In this document: piece after piece, positions 40,819 through 51,784 of the stretch
Position numbering within the stretch: the first letter of the stretch is position 1
Layout of the letters: every line of letters begins with the position of its first letter
Assembly: GCF_013122565.1 (NCBI RefSeq)
Contig: NZ_CP053258.1
Direction: 5' to 3' (one strand)
DNA from: Escherichia coli
GTDB lineage: Bacteria; Pseudomonadota; Gammaproteobacteria; Enterobacterales; Enterobacteriaceae
Length of the DNA stretch: 64,000 bases
Program-made: the position numbers and the translations under genes
Notes under the pieces: generated by a model
What the model saw: the letters and a program-made list of their open reading frames with translations, nothing else
Database searches by the model: none
Told to the model about the DNA's origin: nothing

Positions 40819-41990
40819 GCAGGAAAGAATATTCCTTTATTGAAGTATGTGATATCCAAGGAGGAACTCAGCCTCCAAAGGACGAGTTTGTTTATGAAAA
40901 AAAAGATGGATATATAAGGCTTTTACAAATCCAAGATTTTAAAAGAGAGGATAAAACTGTTTATATTAAGGATAGGCATACTCTGAAAAAATGTAATGAC
41001 GATGATATTCTAATAGGTAGATATGGAGCATCTATTGGAAAAATTCTCTCTGGGTTATCAGGAGCATATAACGTTGCTTTGGTTAAAGCCATCCCTGATT
41101 TAAAAAAAATAAACAAGAGATTTTTATGGCATTTTTTAAACAGTGTAGTATTTCAAGAATTTATAAAAAATGTTTCTACTCGAGCCGCTCAAGCTGGGTT
41201 TAATAAGGATGACTTAGCAAAGCTAAAAATATATTTACCATCTTTAAATGAGCAAGTGAAAATTGCTTCTGTTCTTGATTTATCTGATGCCATACGCAAA
41301 AAACGAGAACAAACTATCAAACTGGCTGATGATTTTTTGCGTGCTACGTTTTTGGAGATGTTTGGTGATCCTGTTGAAAACCCTAAAGGATGGAAAAAGG
41401 ATAAAATAAAAAAAGGTGTGTTAGGCATTGCTTCAGGATGGAGTGCCACTGGAGAAAATATACCCTGTAAATCTGATGAATTTGGCGTGTTGAAAATCAG
41501 CTCGGTGACTTCTGGAGTATTCAAACCAGAAGAAAATAAAGTGGTAGCCTGTGAATCCATTCCCGCTTCAAAAAAACTTATTCACCCTAAAAAGGGAGAT
41601 TTGCTATTTAGTCGCGCAAATACCAGAGAGTTAGTTGCTGCGATATGCATGGTTCATCAGGATTATGACAACCTTTTCCTTCCTGATAAACTATGGTCTA
41701 TTAAGTTAAATCATAAGCTATTGCTACCAGAGTTCTTTCTCATCTTAATACAAAATGAAAAAGTCCGTGAGTTACTAACAAAACAAGCGACCGGAACAAG
41801 TGGGTCGATGCTAAATATATCTAAAAATAAATTTGAAGAAACTGAAATTATCTTCCCAGAGATCAATGTTCAAAAAGATTTTTGCAATACTTTCAGAAAA
41901 ACAATAAATTTGAAAACAAAGTTAATAAAAAGTAATGAATTAGCTAATGAGTCATTTAATTCATTATCTCAAAAGGTATTTCAGCAATGA
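40815..41990 (+). CDS. hsdS: Type I R-M specificity subunit
   Basis: 391 aa with two target-recognition-domain halves; GTG start overlapping hsdM stop (GTGA) with GGAGGGGA RBS; AT-rich. Confidence 0.8.
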   Translation: MSRKEYSFIEVCDIQGGTQPPKDEFVYEKKDGYIRLLQIQDFKREDKTVYIKDRHTLKKCNDDDILIGRYGASIGKILSGLSGAYNVALVKAIPDLKKINKRFLWHFLNSVVFQEFIKNVSTRAAQAGFNKDDLAKLKIYLPSLNEQVKIASVLDLSDAIRKKREQTIKLADDFLRATFLEMFGDPVENPKGWKKDKIKKGVLGIASGWSATGENIPCKSDEFGVLKISSVTSGVFKPEENKVVACESIPASKKLIHPKKGDLLFSRANTRELVAAICMVHQDYDNLFLPDKLWSIKLNHKLLLPEFFLILIQNEKVRELLTKQATGTSGSMLNISKNKFEETEIIFPEINVQKDFCNTFRKTINLKTKLIKSNELANESFNSLSQKVFQQ

Positions 41991-43678
41991 AAATTGTTTA
42001 TACACCTGATCGATCCTGGAGAGAAATCCCACCAGCAAAACCAGAACTTGGTGATGTTTTATCTCTGAGCAGTAATAATTGGGATGACTATGGATATAAA
42101 ACTACTCTAAACGCAAAAATATACATTAAGAATCAATCTATTTCATTTGATTTTTCAATTAAATTATTAATTGAAAATATCGATAACACGGCAATAAAGC
42201 TAGATGAATTATGTAAAGATGGATGGGATGGAATATTCCCCATCCCTAATACTAACTATATAGCTCTTCCATCTGATATTGATTTTTATCAAATACTCAT
42301 ATCTAAAATAGGTGAGGAATCAACAGTCAATCTTCTGAATGATCTGAACGATGCAGGTTTCAATAAAAATGTTTACCATAATGAAATATCTAACAGACTC
42401 ATAGAACAAGATGCCTTTAAAACGTCATTACTCCGAGAAAGTGGAGCAAATAAAGCCTATCTAGACGGTTATCTGATATTCCAAAATATTCACGCAGAAA
42501 TAAGAAACTTTCAGTTAAATATTTTAACGAAAAAAGGAGGTGTAAATAAGATACCATTTAAATTTGAATCTAATTTATTGCCTTATGATATTAATGTTAT
42601 TATTGGCCCGAATGGGATTGGTAAATCTCATTGCCTGAAATCACTTGTTGAATATTGGTTGCAAATAGGAATGGGGGAACAACGATTACTTGAAAAGAAT
42701 AAGCATACTCCATTTGATGAACGACCTAACATAAGTAAGCTTGTTCTTGTTTCTTATAGCCCTTTTGAAGAGTTCAGCCTAGATCTAGAAAAAGACAATT
42801 TACAAGATAAAAAGGCATATCAATATTTTGGTTTCAGGCAAATGAGAGATAATGGGACAATTGGTATCAGTCGAAACTTACCAGCTTTAAATTCAAGTGA
42901 GTCATTACTTGAAATGATATCTGATGATAAGAAATACCAATTCATTGAAAATCGAATAAATAAGCTCAACTCTGTCGATTCTGCACTCAAATCTGCTATT
43001 AGCTATGATTATTGTGTTCTAAGATTATCTCCAGAAGATAACTCATCTTATCTCGGGAAAGATATTGTCATAATTGATGGCGAAAAATATCTCCCTGCAG
43101 TAAATATTGTAAAATGGGCTGATCATTTAGATTTAATAAGGGATTCTATACTACTCAATGATGGTGTAATCTTTGTTAAAGATGGGGAAATTGTAAATCT
43201 TAGTTCTGGCCAACGATTATTTGTATATATAGCTATTAATGTTGTCGGTGCAATGAAAGAAAATAGCTTAATTGTGATTGATGAACCTGAATTATTTTTA
43301 CATCCTAACCTTGAAATAGAATTCATTGGGCTACTAAAAAAATTACTTAAATCATTTCGCTCTAAAGCTATTCTAGCTACTCATTCCCTATCTATCACAC
43401 GTGAAGTACCGTCAAAATGTGTACATATATTCCGCTACAAGGATGACGAATTTGAAATAGTCCCCCCGCCATTTGAAACATTTGGCGGTAATGTTCAGAG
43501 AATTTCTTCTTATGTTTTCGGCGATAAATCGATCTCTAAGCCTTTTGATGAATGGCTTGAGATGCAGCTTCAAGCTATTAAAGATCCTGAAAAATTAATT
43601 GAAATGCTAAATGAAGAAATTAATGAAGAAATAATCATGAAAATCATGAGTTTAGGGAAAAAGTATCATGGTCACTAA
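41987..43678 (+). CDS. ABC/AAA-type ATPase (563 aa) with an about 200 aa N-terminal domain of unknown function; Septu PtuA-like
   Basis: Walker A GPNGIGKSH near residue 208; Walker B-like VIDEPELFLHP; ATGA overlap with hsdS stop. Confidence 0.55.
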   Translation: MKIVYTPDRSWREIPPAKPELGDVLSLSSNNWDDYGYKTTLNAKIYIKNQSISFDFSIKLLIENIDNTAIKLDELCKDGWDGIFPIPNTNYIALPSDIDFYQILISKIGEESTVNLLNDLNDAGFNKNVYHNEISNRLIEQDAFKTSLLRESGANKAYLDGYLIFQNIHAEIRNFQLNILTKKGGVNKIPFKFESNLLPYDINVIIGPNGIGKSHCLKSLVEYWLQIGMGEQRLLEKNKHTPFDERPNISKLVLVSYSPFEEFSLDLEKDNLQDKKAYQYFGFRQMRDNGTIGISRNLPALNSSESLLEMISDDKKYQFIENRINKLNSVDSALKSAISYDYCVLRLSPEDNSSYLGKDIVIIDGEKYLPAVNIVKWADHLDLIRDSILLNDGVIFVKDGEIVNLSSGQRLFVYIAINVVGAMKENSLIVIDEPELFLHPNLEIEFIGLLKKLLKSFRSKAILATHSLSITREVPSKCVHIFRYKDDEFEIVPPPFETFGGNVQRISSYVFGDKSISKPFDEWLEMQLQAIKDPEKLIEMLNEEINEEIIMKIMSLGKKYHGH

Positions 43679-44594
43679 GTTACAACTTCCCGAATATGAC
43701 TCTATTAAGGTACTCCGAACCATCATTTCAGAAAGAGAGAGATATAAAGATTTCTATGATAGCTTATCGAATGATTGGATAGCACATGTAGAAAGCTATT
43801 TGGAACATCATGGTGATCCACGCTTTATTACACCTCTCGACCTCTCTCTGTATATTTCAGAAGAATTAGTACAAAATGAAGAAGAGAAAACAACTGATGC
43901 CAATAGGCATATATCGGCGCAAGAAAGACTGACGCAAAAAAGGAAACAAACTCTAATTAATTTATACTCTCCTGCTGAGGGGAAAACTCCCTACGATATT
44001 CTTGATACTTTAAGACGAGGACATGGCCTGTTATTTTGCCCATGTTGTGGGGAACCAGGAAAGCCGACAACGTTAGACCATTATTTGCCTAAAACTATCT
44101 ATCCTGAATTAGCTATAATTATTGCTAACTTAACGCCGATGTGTAATGAATGTCAGCAGAATAAAAGTTCTGATTATTTTGATGAGGATGGTAACAAAAT
44201 TTACATACATCCTTATTTTGATCCTATTGAACAAGTTAATTTAATCATTGATATAGAAGAACCCTATGCTACTCCAACATTCAGGCTAAACATTACTGAG
44301 GATGGTGATGATAATGAGATTTATGAATTGCTAAGGCGACATATAAATGGTGTTAAATTTTTAGAGCGATTCGATGAGTTTTGTCGAAATGAATATATGG
44401 CATTATTGCGCACAATGTCATTAGAACGTCAAGATGCTCAACCGGATAGAGCGTCAAGAATAATTTGTCGATTCAAACGCCAATATGAGGGTCAGTCTCC
44501 AAATAGATGGGAGGCTATTTTCTATAGAGGGATATTGAATAATGCCGACCTACTTAATTATCTAGATCATGGAAACTTGCCTGATTTTACATAA
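43668..44594 (+). CDS. HNH nuclease-domain protein (308 aa); Septu PtuB-like
   Basis: HNH motif CPCCG...LDHYLPK...NLTPMCNECQQNK; start overlaps ATPase gene by 11 nt with AGGGAAAAAG RBS. Confidence 0.55.
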   Translation: MVTKLQLPEYDSIKVLRTIISERERYKDFYDSLSNDWIAHVESYLEHHGDPRFITPLDLSLYISEELVQNEEEKTTDANRHISAQERLTQKRKQTLINLYSPAEGKTPYDILDTLRRGHGLLFCPCCGEPGKPTTLDHYLPKTIYPELAIIIANLTPMCNECQQNKSSDYFDEDGNKIYIHPYFDPIEQVNLIIDIEEPYATPTFRLNITEDGDDNEIYELLRRHINGVKFLERFDEFCRNEYMALLRTMSLERQDAQPDRASRIICRFKRQYEGQSPNRWEAIFYRGILNNADLLNYLDHGNLPDFT

Positions 44595-44842
44595 GAGTTA
44601 AATATATTACATCAATCAAAAATTGATAACGATTTCATAATGATAAAATTAAAACAAAGGCATTTACTGTTATTTTAATTATATATATAAGACAGATACA
44701 ATGCCTTTTAATTTCTATAAGACTGTTTTTCTCATAAAAATCACTTTATATAGATTAAAAACACCATCCAATAAAGCATCATTCTACTTTCATAGATACT
44801 ATAATAACAAAATTAACATTATTTCATGTTTTTTAAGCAAGC

Positions 44843-45847
44843 TTAATAATAATTATAGTATAACCGTTTAATTGCCTTGTTTAATATAGTTTCATACTCA
44901 TTTTCTGACATATTCAACCAAGCAGTTATACTTTTTAATCCACTAGACTGATAATCTATAAACTCGCGCATTTTATTATAATCAATACTTACCTGCGTGT
45001 TTGTATCAGCTATAACTTTAGGTTCCCCATTACACCACCCTAAAATAAGAAAACTACTCATTGTGCTTGACATGTCACAAAAGAAAAAAAGATCGGGTAT
45101 TATTTTACCTAATTGCTTTGCATAACTGACTACCTCAGGTATTTCAAGCAACTCTCTGGGGTCATCATCATACCCCCCAAATAATATTTCAACCTTACCC
45201 TGTTGACTATAAGCAAATTCCTTTGTCACTTTTAGTCTTTTAAAAATGCTAATGACAAAACCAAAATCAAATCTTAAAACATCTTCTTTAGGAATAATTA
45301 GGCGAGTGATATCTATATTCTCATTAAATATTTTGTTTACACACCAAAACATTTCAAACTCAGAGTAATAATCAACTTCTTCAGGAAGAAGTGCCAATAT
45401 CTCATCTCTACTATCAATCAATTGACGTTTTGGAATATTAATCTTCCATGATTTTTTTGTTCTTTCAATTTTGATAGGATCAAAATATTCCCAAAACACT
45501 TCTTTTTTTTCAGGATTGCAAAGCAAAATCAAAACAGGTATTGGGCAGTTGGATAAATAATTAAAGTGCTTATTTTCACCTCTGTAAACATATCCCCACC
45601 GATTTTCTTCCGAAAAAAATGAAGCTCCACATTTGATTTGTACAGCAAGCATTTTCCCCGTTACGGCTCCATCTTCTCGTACTATTTCGATATAACCATC
45701 GATACCGAAATCCATTTCTTGATGGTTTATCTTAAAAATCCATCCAAGATTTTCATTAATTACTGATTTTACTATATTTACTCCAAGCTCACCTAATTGA
45801 GCTTCTTTTTGGTATTTTGGGAATTTATCTATCATAAAAAACCTCAA
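44843..45847 (-). CDS. Uncharacterised protein (334 aa) with possible restriction-endonuclease-like (PD-(D/E)xK, DUF4365-like) N-terminal domain
   Basis: Putative D...E.K-like motif (DFGIDGYIEIV...AVQIKCG); AT-rich gene flanked by AT-rich spacers next to integrase. Confidence 0.4.
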   Translation of the reverse strand: MRFFMIDKFPKYQKEAQLGELGVNIVKSVINENLGWIFKINHQEMDFGIDGYIEIVREDGAVTGKMLAVQIKCGASFFSEENRWGYVYRGENKHFNYLSNCPIPVLILLCNPEKKEVFWEYFDPIKIERTKKSWKINIPKRQLIDSRDEILALLPEEVDYYSEFEMFWCVNKIFNENIDITRLIIPKEDVLRFDFGFVISIFKRLKVTKEFAYSQQGKVEILFGGYDDDPRELLEIPEVVSYAKQLGKIIPDLFFFCDMSSTMSSFLILGWCNGEPKVIADTNTQVSIDYNKMREFIDYQSSGLKSITAWLNMSENEYETILNKAIKRLYYNYY

Positions 45848-46150
45848 ATTTCAAAAAATATATTAACCGTAACTATCCATTTTAACTAGTTGGCATTTTT
45901 AGCGCCTGAATTTATCTCATGTATATATCTCGCAATGAACATTACAGTGATTAAGCATTAAAAATTATTAAACGAGAATGTTCATAATGATATTTATGTT
46001 TTAGACATTATTGTAAACATCCTTATATTCTACTCCATCCGTACTAGTAGAAGGTATTATAATAACAATAGTACTCAACGACCAACTAGCCCTCTTGGGC
46101 TAGTTGGTCATCATGATATTACAATCAACCAAAAAATAAAGGCATTCAAG

Positions 46151-47419
46151 TCACTCGCCATTACCCCGATTGATCTTCGCATAGTCAAACGGCGTAATCG
46201 CTCTCTCCCGATTGGCATCCAGAAAATCAGCCCACCACTGCAACATCAGCTTGCGTTCATCCAGGTGTTCCGCTTTATGGATATACGCCGCCCTCACTGA
46301 ATTGCGTTCCATATGGCTCATCTGCCTTTCCACCGCATCCTTCGACCATAGTCCTGACTCAATTAGCGAACTACAGGCCATTGTGCGGAAACCGTGACCA
46401 CAAACTTCAACCTTAGTGTCATAGCCCATCACCCGTAGCGCACTGTTTACGGTGTTCTCGCTCATGGGCTTACGCGGATCGTGATCGCCAATAAAAATCA
46501 GCTCATGCTCACCACAGAACTGCTTTATCTGCTTCAGGATCGCCAACGCCTGCTTTGAAAGTGGCACCAGATGCGGTGTACGCATCTTTGATCCTCGCTG
46601 AGAATGTTTAACATCAGGAATGGGTTCACGTTCCGGTGGAATCGTCCACATCGACGTGTCGAAATCTATCTCCGACCAGCGGGCAAAACGTAGCTCGCTG
46701 GATCGAATAAAGATAAGCAGGGTAAGTTCGGTTGCCCAACGGGTTAATCGCCTTCCAGTATAGCTGTCTATTTTCTGAAGCAGTTCTGGAATACGCTTTA
46801 ACTCCAGAGCCGGGCGATGCTGTCGCTTGCCAGAAGCAACGGCTCCCGCCATCTCTTGAGCCGGGTTATAATCAATCAGTCCACTTTGCACAGCATAACG
46901 CATGATAGCCGTGGTACGTTGTTGGAGACGGGAAGCCACCTCAAGACGTCCAGATATCTCTACGGCTTTAATGGGAAGTAACAAATCACGGGTACTCAAT
47001 TCAGCAATATTACGTGTCCCAATCGCCGGAAAGACATTATCCTCCAGACTCTTTTTTACACGATTAGCATGATCTTCCGACCATTTTTGGTTGGTCACGA
47101 GCCACTCTCTGGCAACCTTCTCGAAAGTAATAATCTCTTTCGCCTGCTCTTCTTTCACAACACGCTTATGTTCGCGTGGATCGATACCAGCAGCTACCAG
47201 CTTTCTGGCCTCCTCCCTTTTCTTCCTGGCATCTGCCAGTGAAATTTCGGGGTAAACACCAAACGCCATCACATGCTGCTTGCCACCAAAACGAAAACGA
47301 AATCGCCAATATTTGGAGCCATTAGCATGTACCAGTAAAAACAGGCCATCACCATCAGATAGCGGGTTTGCATTATCTTCAGATTTTGCCGAACGGACTT
47401 TAGTATCAGTCAGAGCCAT
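46151..47419 (-). CDS. intB: P4-type tyrosine integrase
   Basis: 422 aa; typical P4 integrase N-terminus (MALTDTKVRSAK) and C-terminal catalytic region (HGFRT, Y); directly downstream of leuX 3' end. Confidence 0.9.
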   Translation of the reverse strand: MALTDTKVRSAKSEDNANPLSDGDGLFLLVHANGSKYWRFRFRFGGKQHVMAFGVYPEISLADARKKREEARKLVAAGIDPREHKRVVKEEQAKEIITFEKVAREWLVTNQKWSEDHANRVKKSLEDNVFPAIGTRNIAELSTRDLLLPIKAVEISGRLEVASRLQQRTTAIMRYAVQSGLIDYNPAQEMAGAVASGKRQHRPALELKRIPELLQKIDSYTGRRLTRWATELTLLIFIRSSELRFARWSEIDFDTSMWTIPPEREPIPDVKHSQRGSKMRTPHLVPLSKQALAILKQIKQFCGEHELIFIGDHDPRKPMSENTVNSALRVMGYDTKVEVCGHGFRTMACSSLIESGLWSKDAVERQMSHMERNSVRAAYIHKAEHLDERKLMLQWWADFLDANRERAITPFDYAKINRGNGE

Positions 47420-47582
47420 GATACTTCTCCTTCCATGTACCGCCGTGAGTATACAAACATTATCGAATCAGCATATATACTCAGTTATATACTCACAAGC
47501 GACTTGATGTGGGTTGACCCAGGTTGACTTCAGTTGAGGGGAAAATCGAGGAAAGCCTTGTGTAGCGCGGGTTTCAGGCATA

Positions 47583-47608
47583 AAAAAAGACCTCAGTTGA
47601 GGTCTATT
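47583..47608 (-). terminator. Rho-independent terminator of leuX
   Basis: Hairpin GACCTCA-ACT-GAGGTC followed by T-run on minus strand. Confidence 0.6.
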
Positions 47609-47618
47609 TACATACTTT

Positions 47619-47703
47619 TGGTGCCGAAGGCCGGACTCGAACCGGCACGTATTTCTACGGTTGATTTTGAATCAACTGCGTCTACCGATTTCGCCACTTC
47701 GGC
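47619..47703 (-). tRNA. leuX: tRNA-Leu (CAA)
   Basis: Reverse complement reads GCCGAAGTGGCGAAATCGGTAGACGCAGTTGATTCAAAATCAACCGTAGAAATACGTGCCGGTTCGAGTCCGGCCTTCGGCACCA (85 nt, CAA anticodon, CCA end). Confidence 0.95.
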
Positions 47704-47898
47704 ACTGAAGAGGTATGCGGAAAACGTTGTGGATTATACCTGTCGCACGCCACCATGCAAGCGCCAGCTTGCTCGCACCTCGCTAAGTGCTGAAATTTTC
47801 AGCATTGCATACAGCGATGTGTAACCTTTGTCACACTCCAGGCACCCCGCCCTGCCATGCTCTACACTTCCCAGACAACACCAGAGAAGGACCAAAAA

Positions 47899-48918
47899 AT
47901 GTCGATGATAAAAAGCTATGCCGCAAAAGAAGCGGGCGGCGAACTGGAAGTTTATGAGTACGATCCCGGTGAACTGAAGCCACAAGATGTTGAAGTGCAG
48001 GTGGATTACTGCGGGATCTGCCATTCCGATCTGTCGATGATCGATAACGAATGGGGATTGTCACAATATCCGCTGGTTGCCGGGCATGAGGTGATTGGGC
48101 GCGTGGTGGCACTCGGGAGCGCCGCGCAGGATAAAGGTTTGCAGGTCGGTCAGCGTGTCGGGATTGGCTGGACGGCACGCAGCTGCGGGCATTGCGATGC
48201 CTGTATTAGCGGTAATCAGATCAACTGCGAGCAAGGTTCGGTGCCAACAATTATGAATCGCGGCGGTTTTGCCGAGAAGTTGCGTGCGGACTGGCAATGG
48301 GTGATTCCACTGCCAGAAAATATCGACATTGAATCTGCTGGGCCGCTGTTGTGCGGCGGTATCACGGTCTTTAAACCACTGTTGATGCACCATATCACTG
48401 CCACCAGCCGCGTTGGGGTAATTGGTATTGGCGGGCTGGGGCATATTGCCATAAAGCTTCTGCACGCGATGGGATGCGAGGTGACAGCCTTTAGTTCTAA
48501 TCCAGCGAAAGAGCAGGAAGTGCTGGCGATGGGTGCCGATAAAGTGGTGAATAGCCGCGATCCGCAGGCACTGAAAGCTCTGGCGGGCCAGTTTGATCTC
48601 ATTATCAACACCGTCAACGTCAGCCTCGACTGGCAGCCTTATTTTGAAGCGCTGACCTATGGCGGTAATTTCCATACGGTCGGAGCGGTTCTCACGCCGC
48701 TGTCTGTTCCGGCCTTTACGTTAATTGCGGGCGACCGCAGCGTCTCTGGTTCTGCTACCGGCACGCCTTATGAGCTGCGTAAGCTGATGCGTTTTGCCGC
48801 CCGCAGCAAGGTTGCGCCGACCACCGAACTGTTCCCGATGTCGAAAATAAACGACGCCATCCAGCATGTGCGCAACGGTAAGGCGCGTTACCGCGTGGTT
48901 CTGAAAGCCGACTTCTGA
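47899..48918 (+). CDS. ahr: NADPH-dependent aldehyde reductase (zinc-type alcohol dehydrogenase)
   Basis: Matches remembered Ahr/YjgB starting [14 protein letters not shown]; Zn-ADH motifs CGICHSD, GHEVIG. Confidence 0.9.
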   Translation: MSMIKSYAAKEAGGELEVYEYDPGELKPQDVEVQVDYCGICHSDLSMIDNEWGLSQYPLVAGHEVIGRVVALGSAAQDKGLQVGQRVGIGWTARSCGHCDACISGNQINCEQGSVPTIMNRGGFAEKLRADWQWVIPLPENIDIESAGPLLCGGITVFKPLLMHHITATSRVGVIGIGGLGHIAIKLLHAMGCEVTAFSSNPAKEQEVLAMGADKVVNSRDPQALKALAGQFDLIINTVNVSLDWQPYFEALTYGGNFHTVGAVLTPLSVPAFTLIAGDRSVSGSATGTPYELRKLMRFAARSKVAPTTELFPMSKINDAIQHVRNGKARYRVVLKADF

Positions 48919-49047
48919 TCCCTTTGCCGGGTGCCTGTCGCCCGGCACTTAAATCTCTTTGGAAGGCGTCTCGCAATCTGCTGAATTTAGCGGTGAAGAG
49001 TGCGCAGCCGTTGCCTATACTCCAGGCAGGAAACTGGAGGAAATCTC

Positions 49048-50550
49048 ATGAGCGAACCCCTGTTAATTGCCCGCACGCCGGACACAGAACTGCTTTTATT
49101 GCCGGGAATGGCGAATCGTCACGGGCTGATTACTGGCGCAACGGGTACGGGTAAAACCGTTACGCTGCAAAAACTGGCGGAGTCTCTATCGGAAATCGGT
49201 GTTCCGGTGTTTATGGCCGATGTGAAAGGCGATCTGACCGGCGTCGCGCAGGCAGGAACGGCGTCGGAAAAACTGCTCGCAAGGCTTAAAAATATCGGTG
49301 TCAACGACTGGCAACCGCATGCCAATCCGGTGGTGGTGTGGGATATCTTTGGCGAGAAAGGCCATCCGGTGCGGGCGACGGTTTCAGACCTGGGGCCGCT
49401 GTTGCTGGCGCGGCTGTTGAATCTCAACGATGTGCAGTCTGGCGTGCTAAATATCATCTTCCGTATTGCTGACGATCAGGGGCTGTTACTGCTCGACTTT
49501 AAAGATCTGCGGGCGATTACCCAGTACATCGGCGATAACGCCAAATCCTTCCAGAATCAGTACGGAAATATCAGTAGCGCATCGGTTGGTGCCATCCAGC
49601 GCGGATTACTGTCGCTGGAGCAACAAGGTGCGGCGCATTTCTTTGGCGAGCCGATGCTGGATATCAAAGACTGGATGCGCACCGATGCTAACGGTAAAGG
49701 CGTTATCAATATCCTCAGCGCCGAAAAGCTTTATCAGATGCCTAAACTGTACGCCGCCAGCCTGCTGTGGATGCTCTCGGAGTTGTATGAACAATTGCCG
49801 GAAGCGGGCGATCTGGAGAAACCAAAACTGGTGTTTTTCTTCGACGAGGCACATCTGCTGTTTAACGATACCCCGCAGGTACTGCTGGATAAGATTGAGC
49901 AGGTGATAAGGCTTATCCGCTCAAAAGGCGTGGGCGTCTGGTTCGTTTCGCAAAACCCGTCTGATATTCCGGATAACGTGCTCGGGCAGCTCGGTAATCG
50001 CGTTCAACACGCTTTGCGTGCTTTTACGCCTAAAGATCAGAAAGCAGTGAAGGCAGCAGCGCAAACCATGCGGGCCAATCCGGCGTTTGATACCGAAAAG
50101 GCGATTCAGGAACTGGGCACCGGCGAGGCGTTAATCTCGTTTCTTGATGTGAAAGGAAGTCCTTCAGTGGTGGAGCGGGCGATGGTGATTGCGCCTTGTT
50201 CGCGAATGGGGCCGGTGAAGGAAGATGAGCGCAATGGCTTGATTAATCACTCTCCGGTGTATGGCAAGTACGAGGATGAGGTGGACCGGGAATCCGCCTA
50301 TGAGATGTTGCAAAAAGGCTTTCAGGCCAGTACCGAGCAGCAAAATAATCCCCCCGCGAAAGGGAAAGAGGTGGCGGTGGATGACGGTATTCTTGGTGGA
50401 TTGAAGGATATTTTGTTTGGCACTATCGGACCACGCGGCGGGAAGAAAGATGGTGTGGTGCAAACAATGGCGAAAAGCGCCGCCCGCCAGGTGACGAATC
50501 AGATTGTGCGTGGAATGTTGGGGAGTTTGCTGGGGGGGAGAAAAAGGTAA
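49048..50550 (+). CDS. yjgR: P-loop NTPase of DUF853 family
   Basis: Matches remembered YjgR starting [12 protein letters not shown]; Walker A GATGTGKT. Confidence 0.8.
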   Translation: MSEPLLIARTPDTELLLLPGMANRHGLITGATGTGKTVTLQKLAESLSEIGVPVFMADVKGDLTGVAQAGTASEKLLARLKNIGVNDWQPHANPVVVWDIFGEKGHPVRATVSDLGPLLLARLLNLNDVQSGVLNIIFRIADDQGLLLLDFKDLRAITQYIGDNAKSFQNQYGNISSASVGAIQRGLLSLEQQGAAHFFGEPMLDIKDWMRTDANGKGVINILSAEKLYQMPKLYAASLLWMLSELYEQLPEAGDLEKPKLVFFFDEAHLLFNDTPQVLLDKIEQVIRLIRSKGVGVWFVSQNPSDIPDNVLGQLGNRVQHALRAFTPKDQKAVKAAAQTMRANPAFDTEKAIQELGTGEALISFLDVKGSPSVVERAMVIAPCSRMGPVKEDERNGLINHSPVYGKYEDEVDRESAYEMLQKGFQASTEQQNNPPAKGKEVAVDDGILGGLKDILFGTIGPRGGKKDGVVQTMAKSAARQVTNQIVRGMLGSLLGGRKR

Positions 50551-50568
50551 GCCAGGTGCGATTTGTCT

Positions 50569-50606
50569 TTGCCTGATGCGACGCTGGCGCGTCTTATCAT
50601 GCCTAC
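50569..50606. repeat. REP (repetitive extragenic palindrome) element
   Basis: GCCTGATGCGACGCTGGCGCGTCTTATCATGCCTAC consensus-like sequence. Confidence 0.5.
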
Positions 50607-50701
50607 ACCACTGCAATATATTGGATTTTCATGATTTTTCAGGCATGAACGAAGCACACTTTGCTAATAATAATAAAGGGAGCTTTCGCTCCCTTGCTTG
50701 G

Positions 50702-51784
50702 TTACGATTTTCTCATTAACAGCCACAGGCTGATTAAGAAGAAGCTGGCGCTTGGCAACAGTGCGCCAATGATCGGCGGGATGCCATAAACCAACGTCAG
50801 CGGGCCGAAGATCTGGTCCAGTACATAGAAGACAAAACCGAAGCTGATACCGGTGACCACACGCACGCCCATCGGTACGCTACGCAGTGGGCCAAAGATG
50901 AACGACAGCGCCATCAGCATCATCACCGCCACGGATAGCGGCTGGAAGATTTTGCTCCACATGTTGAGCTGATAACGTCCGGCATCCTGACCGCTCGACT
51001 TCAGATACTTCACATAGTTGTGCAAACCACTGATGGAGAGTGCATCCGGGTCCAGCGCCACCACGCCCAGTTTGTCCGGCGTGAGGTTGGTTTTCCAGGT
51101 GCCGCTCACCGTCTGCGAACCGGTAATCTGTTTCGGATTGGTCAGATCAGATTCATCAACCTGCGACAGACGCCAGACTTTATGTTCCGGGTCAAACTTC
51201 GCAGTAGCAGCATAGCGTACGGATTGCAGACGACGATTCTCGTTAAAGGCATAAATGCTGATGCCACCTAACTCTTCGTCTCCTTTAACCCGCTCAATGT
51301 AGACGAAGTTGTTGCCATCTTTCGCCCATAAGCCTTGCTGGGTAGAGAGCAACGAGCCGCCGTACATCGCCTGCGCACGGTAGTTACGCGCCATCTGCTC
51401 GCCCTGCGGCGCGACCCATTCGCCAATCGCCATCGTCAGTAAGACCAGCGGAATGGCGGTTTTCATCACCGACAGCGCAACCTGCATACGGGTGAAACCA
51501 GAAGCCTGCATCACCACCAGTTCGCTGCGCTGCGCCAGCATCCCAAGACCAAGCAACGCCCCAAGCAGAGCCGCCATCGGGAAGAATATTTGCACATCTT
51601 TCGGCACGCTCAGCAAGGTATACATTCCTGCGCCTAACGCGTCGTAACTCCCCTGCCCGGCTTTTTTCAGCTGATCGACAAACTTGATAATGCCCGACAG
51701 CGACACCAGCATGAACAGCGTCATCATGATGGTGGTGAAAATAGTTTTACCGATATAGCGGTCAAGTACGCCAAAAGGTTGCAT
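50702..51784 (-). CDS. lptG: LPS export ABC transporter permease LptG
   Basis: Matches remembered LptG (MQPFGVLDRYIGKTIF...); polytopic membrane protein. Confidence 0.9.
   Translation of the reverse strand: MQPFGVLDRYIGKTIFTTIMMTLFMLVSLSGIIKFVDQLKKAGQGSYDALGAGMYTLLSVPKDVQIFFPMAALLGALLGLGMLAQRSELVVMQASGFTRMQVALSVMKTAIPLVLLTMAIGEWVAPQGEQMARNYRAQAMYGGSLLSTQQGLWAKDGNNFVYIERVKGDEELGGISIYAFNENRRLQSVRYAATAKFDPEHKVWRLSQVDESDLTNPKQITGSQTVSGTWKTNLTPDKLGVVALDPDALSISGLHNYVKYLKSSGQDAGRYQLNMWSKIFQPLSVAVMMLMALSFIFGPLRSVPMGVRVVTGISFGFVFYVLDQIFGPLTLVYGIPPIIGALLPSASFFLISLWLLMRKS

Noticed and set aside
44595-46150. IS element or transposase in the AT-rich region near intB
   Set aside because: No transposase-like ORF or terminal inverted repeats seen; the only gene is the DUF4365-like ORF.
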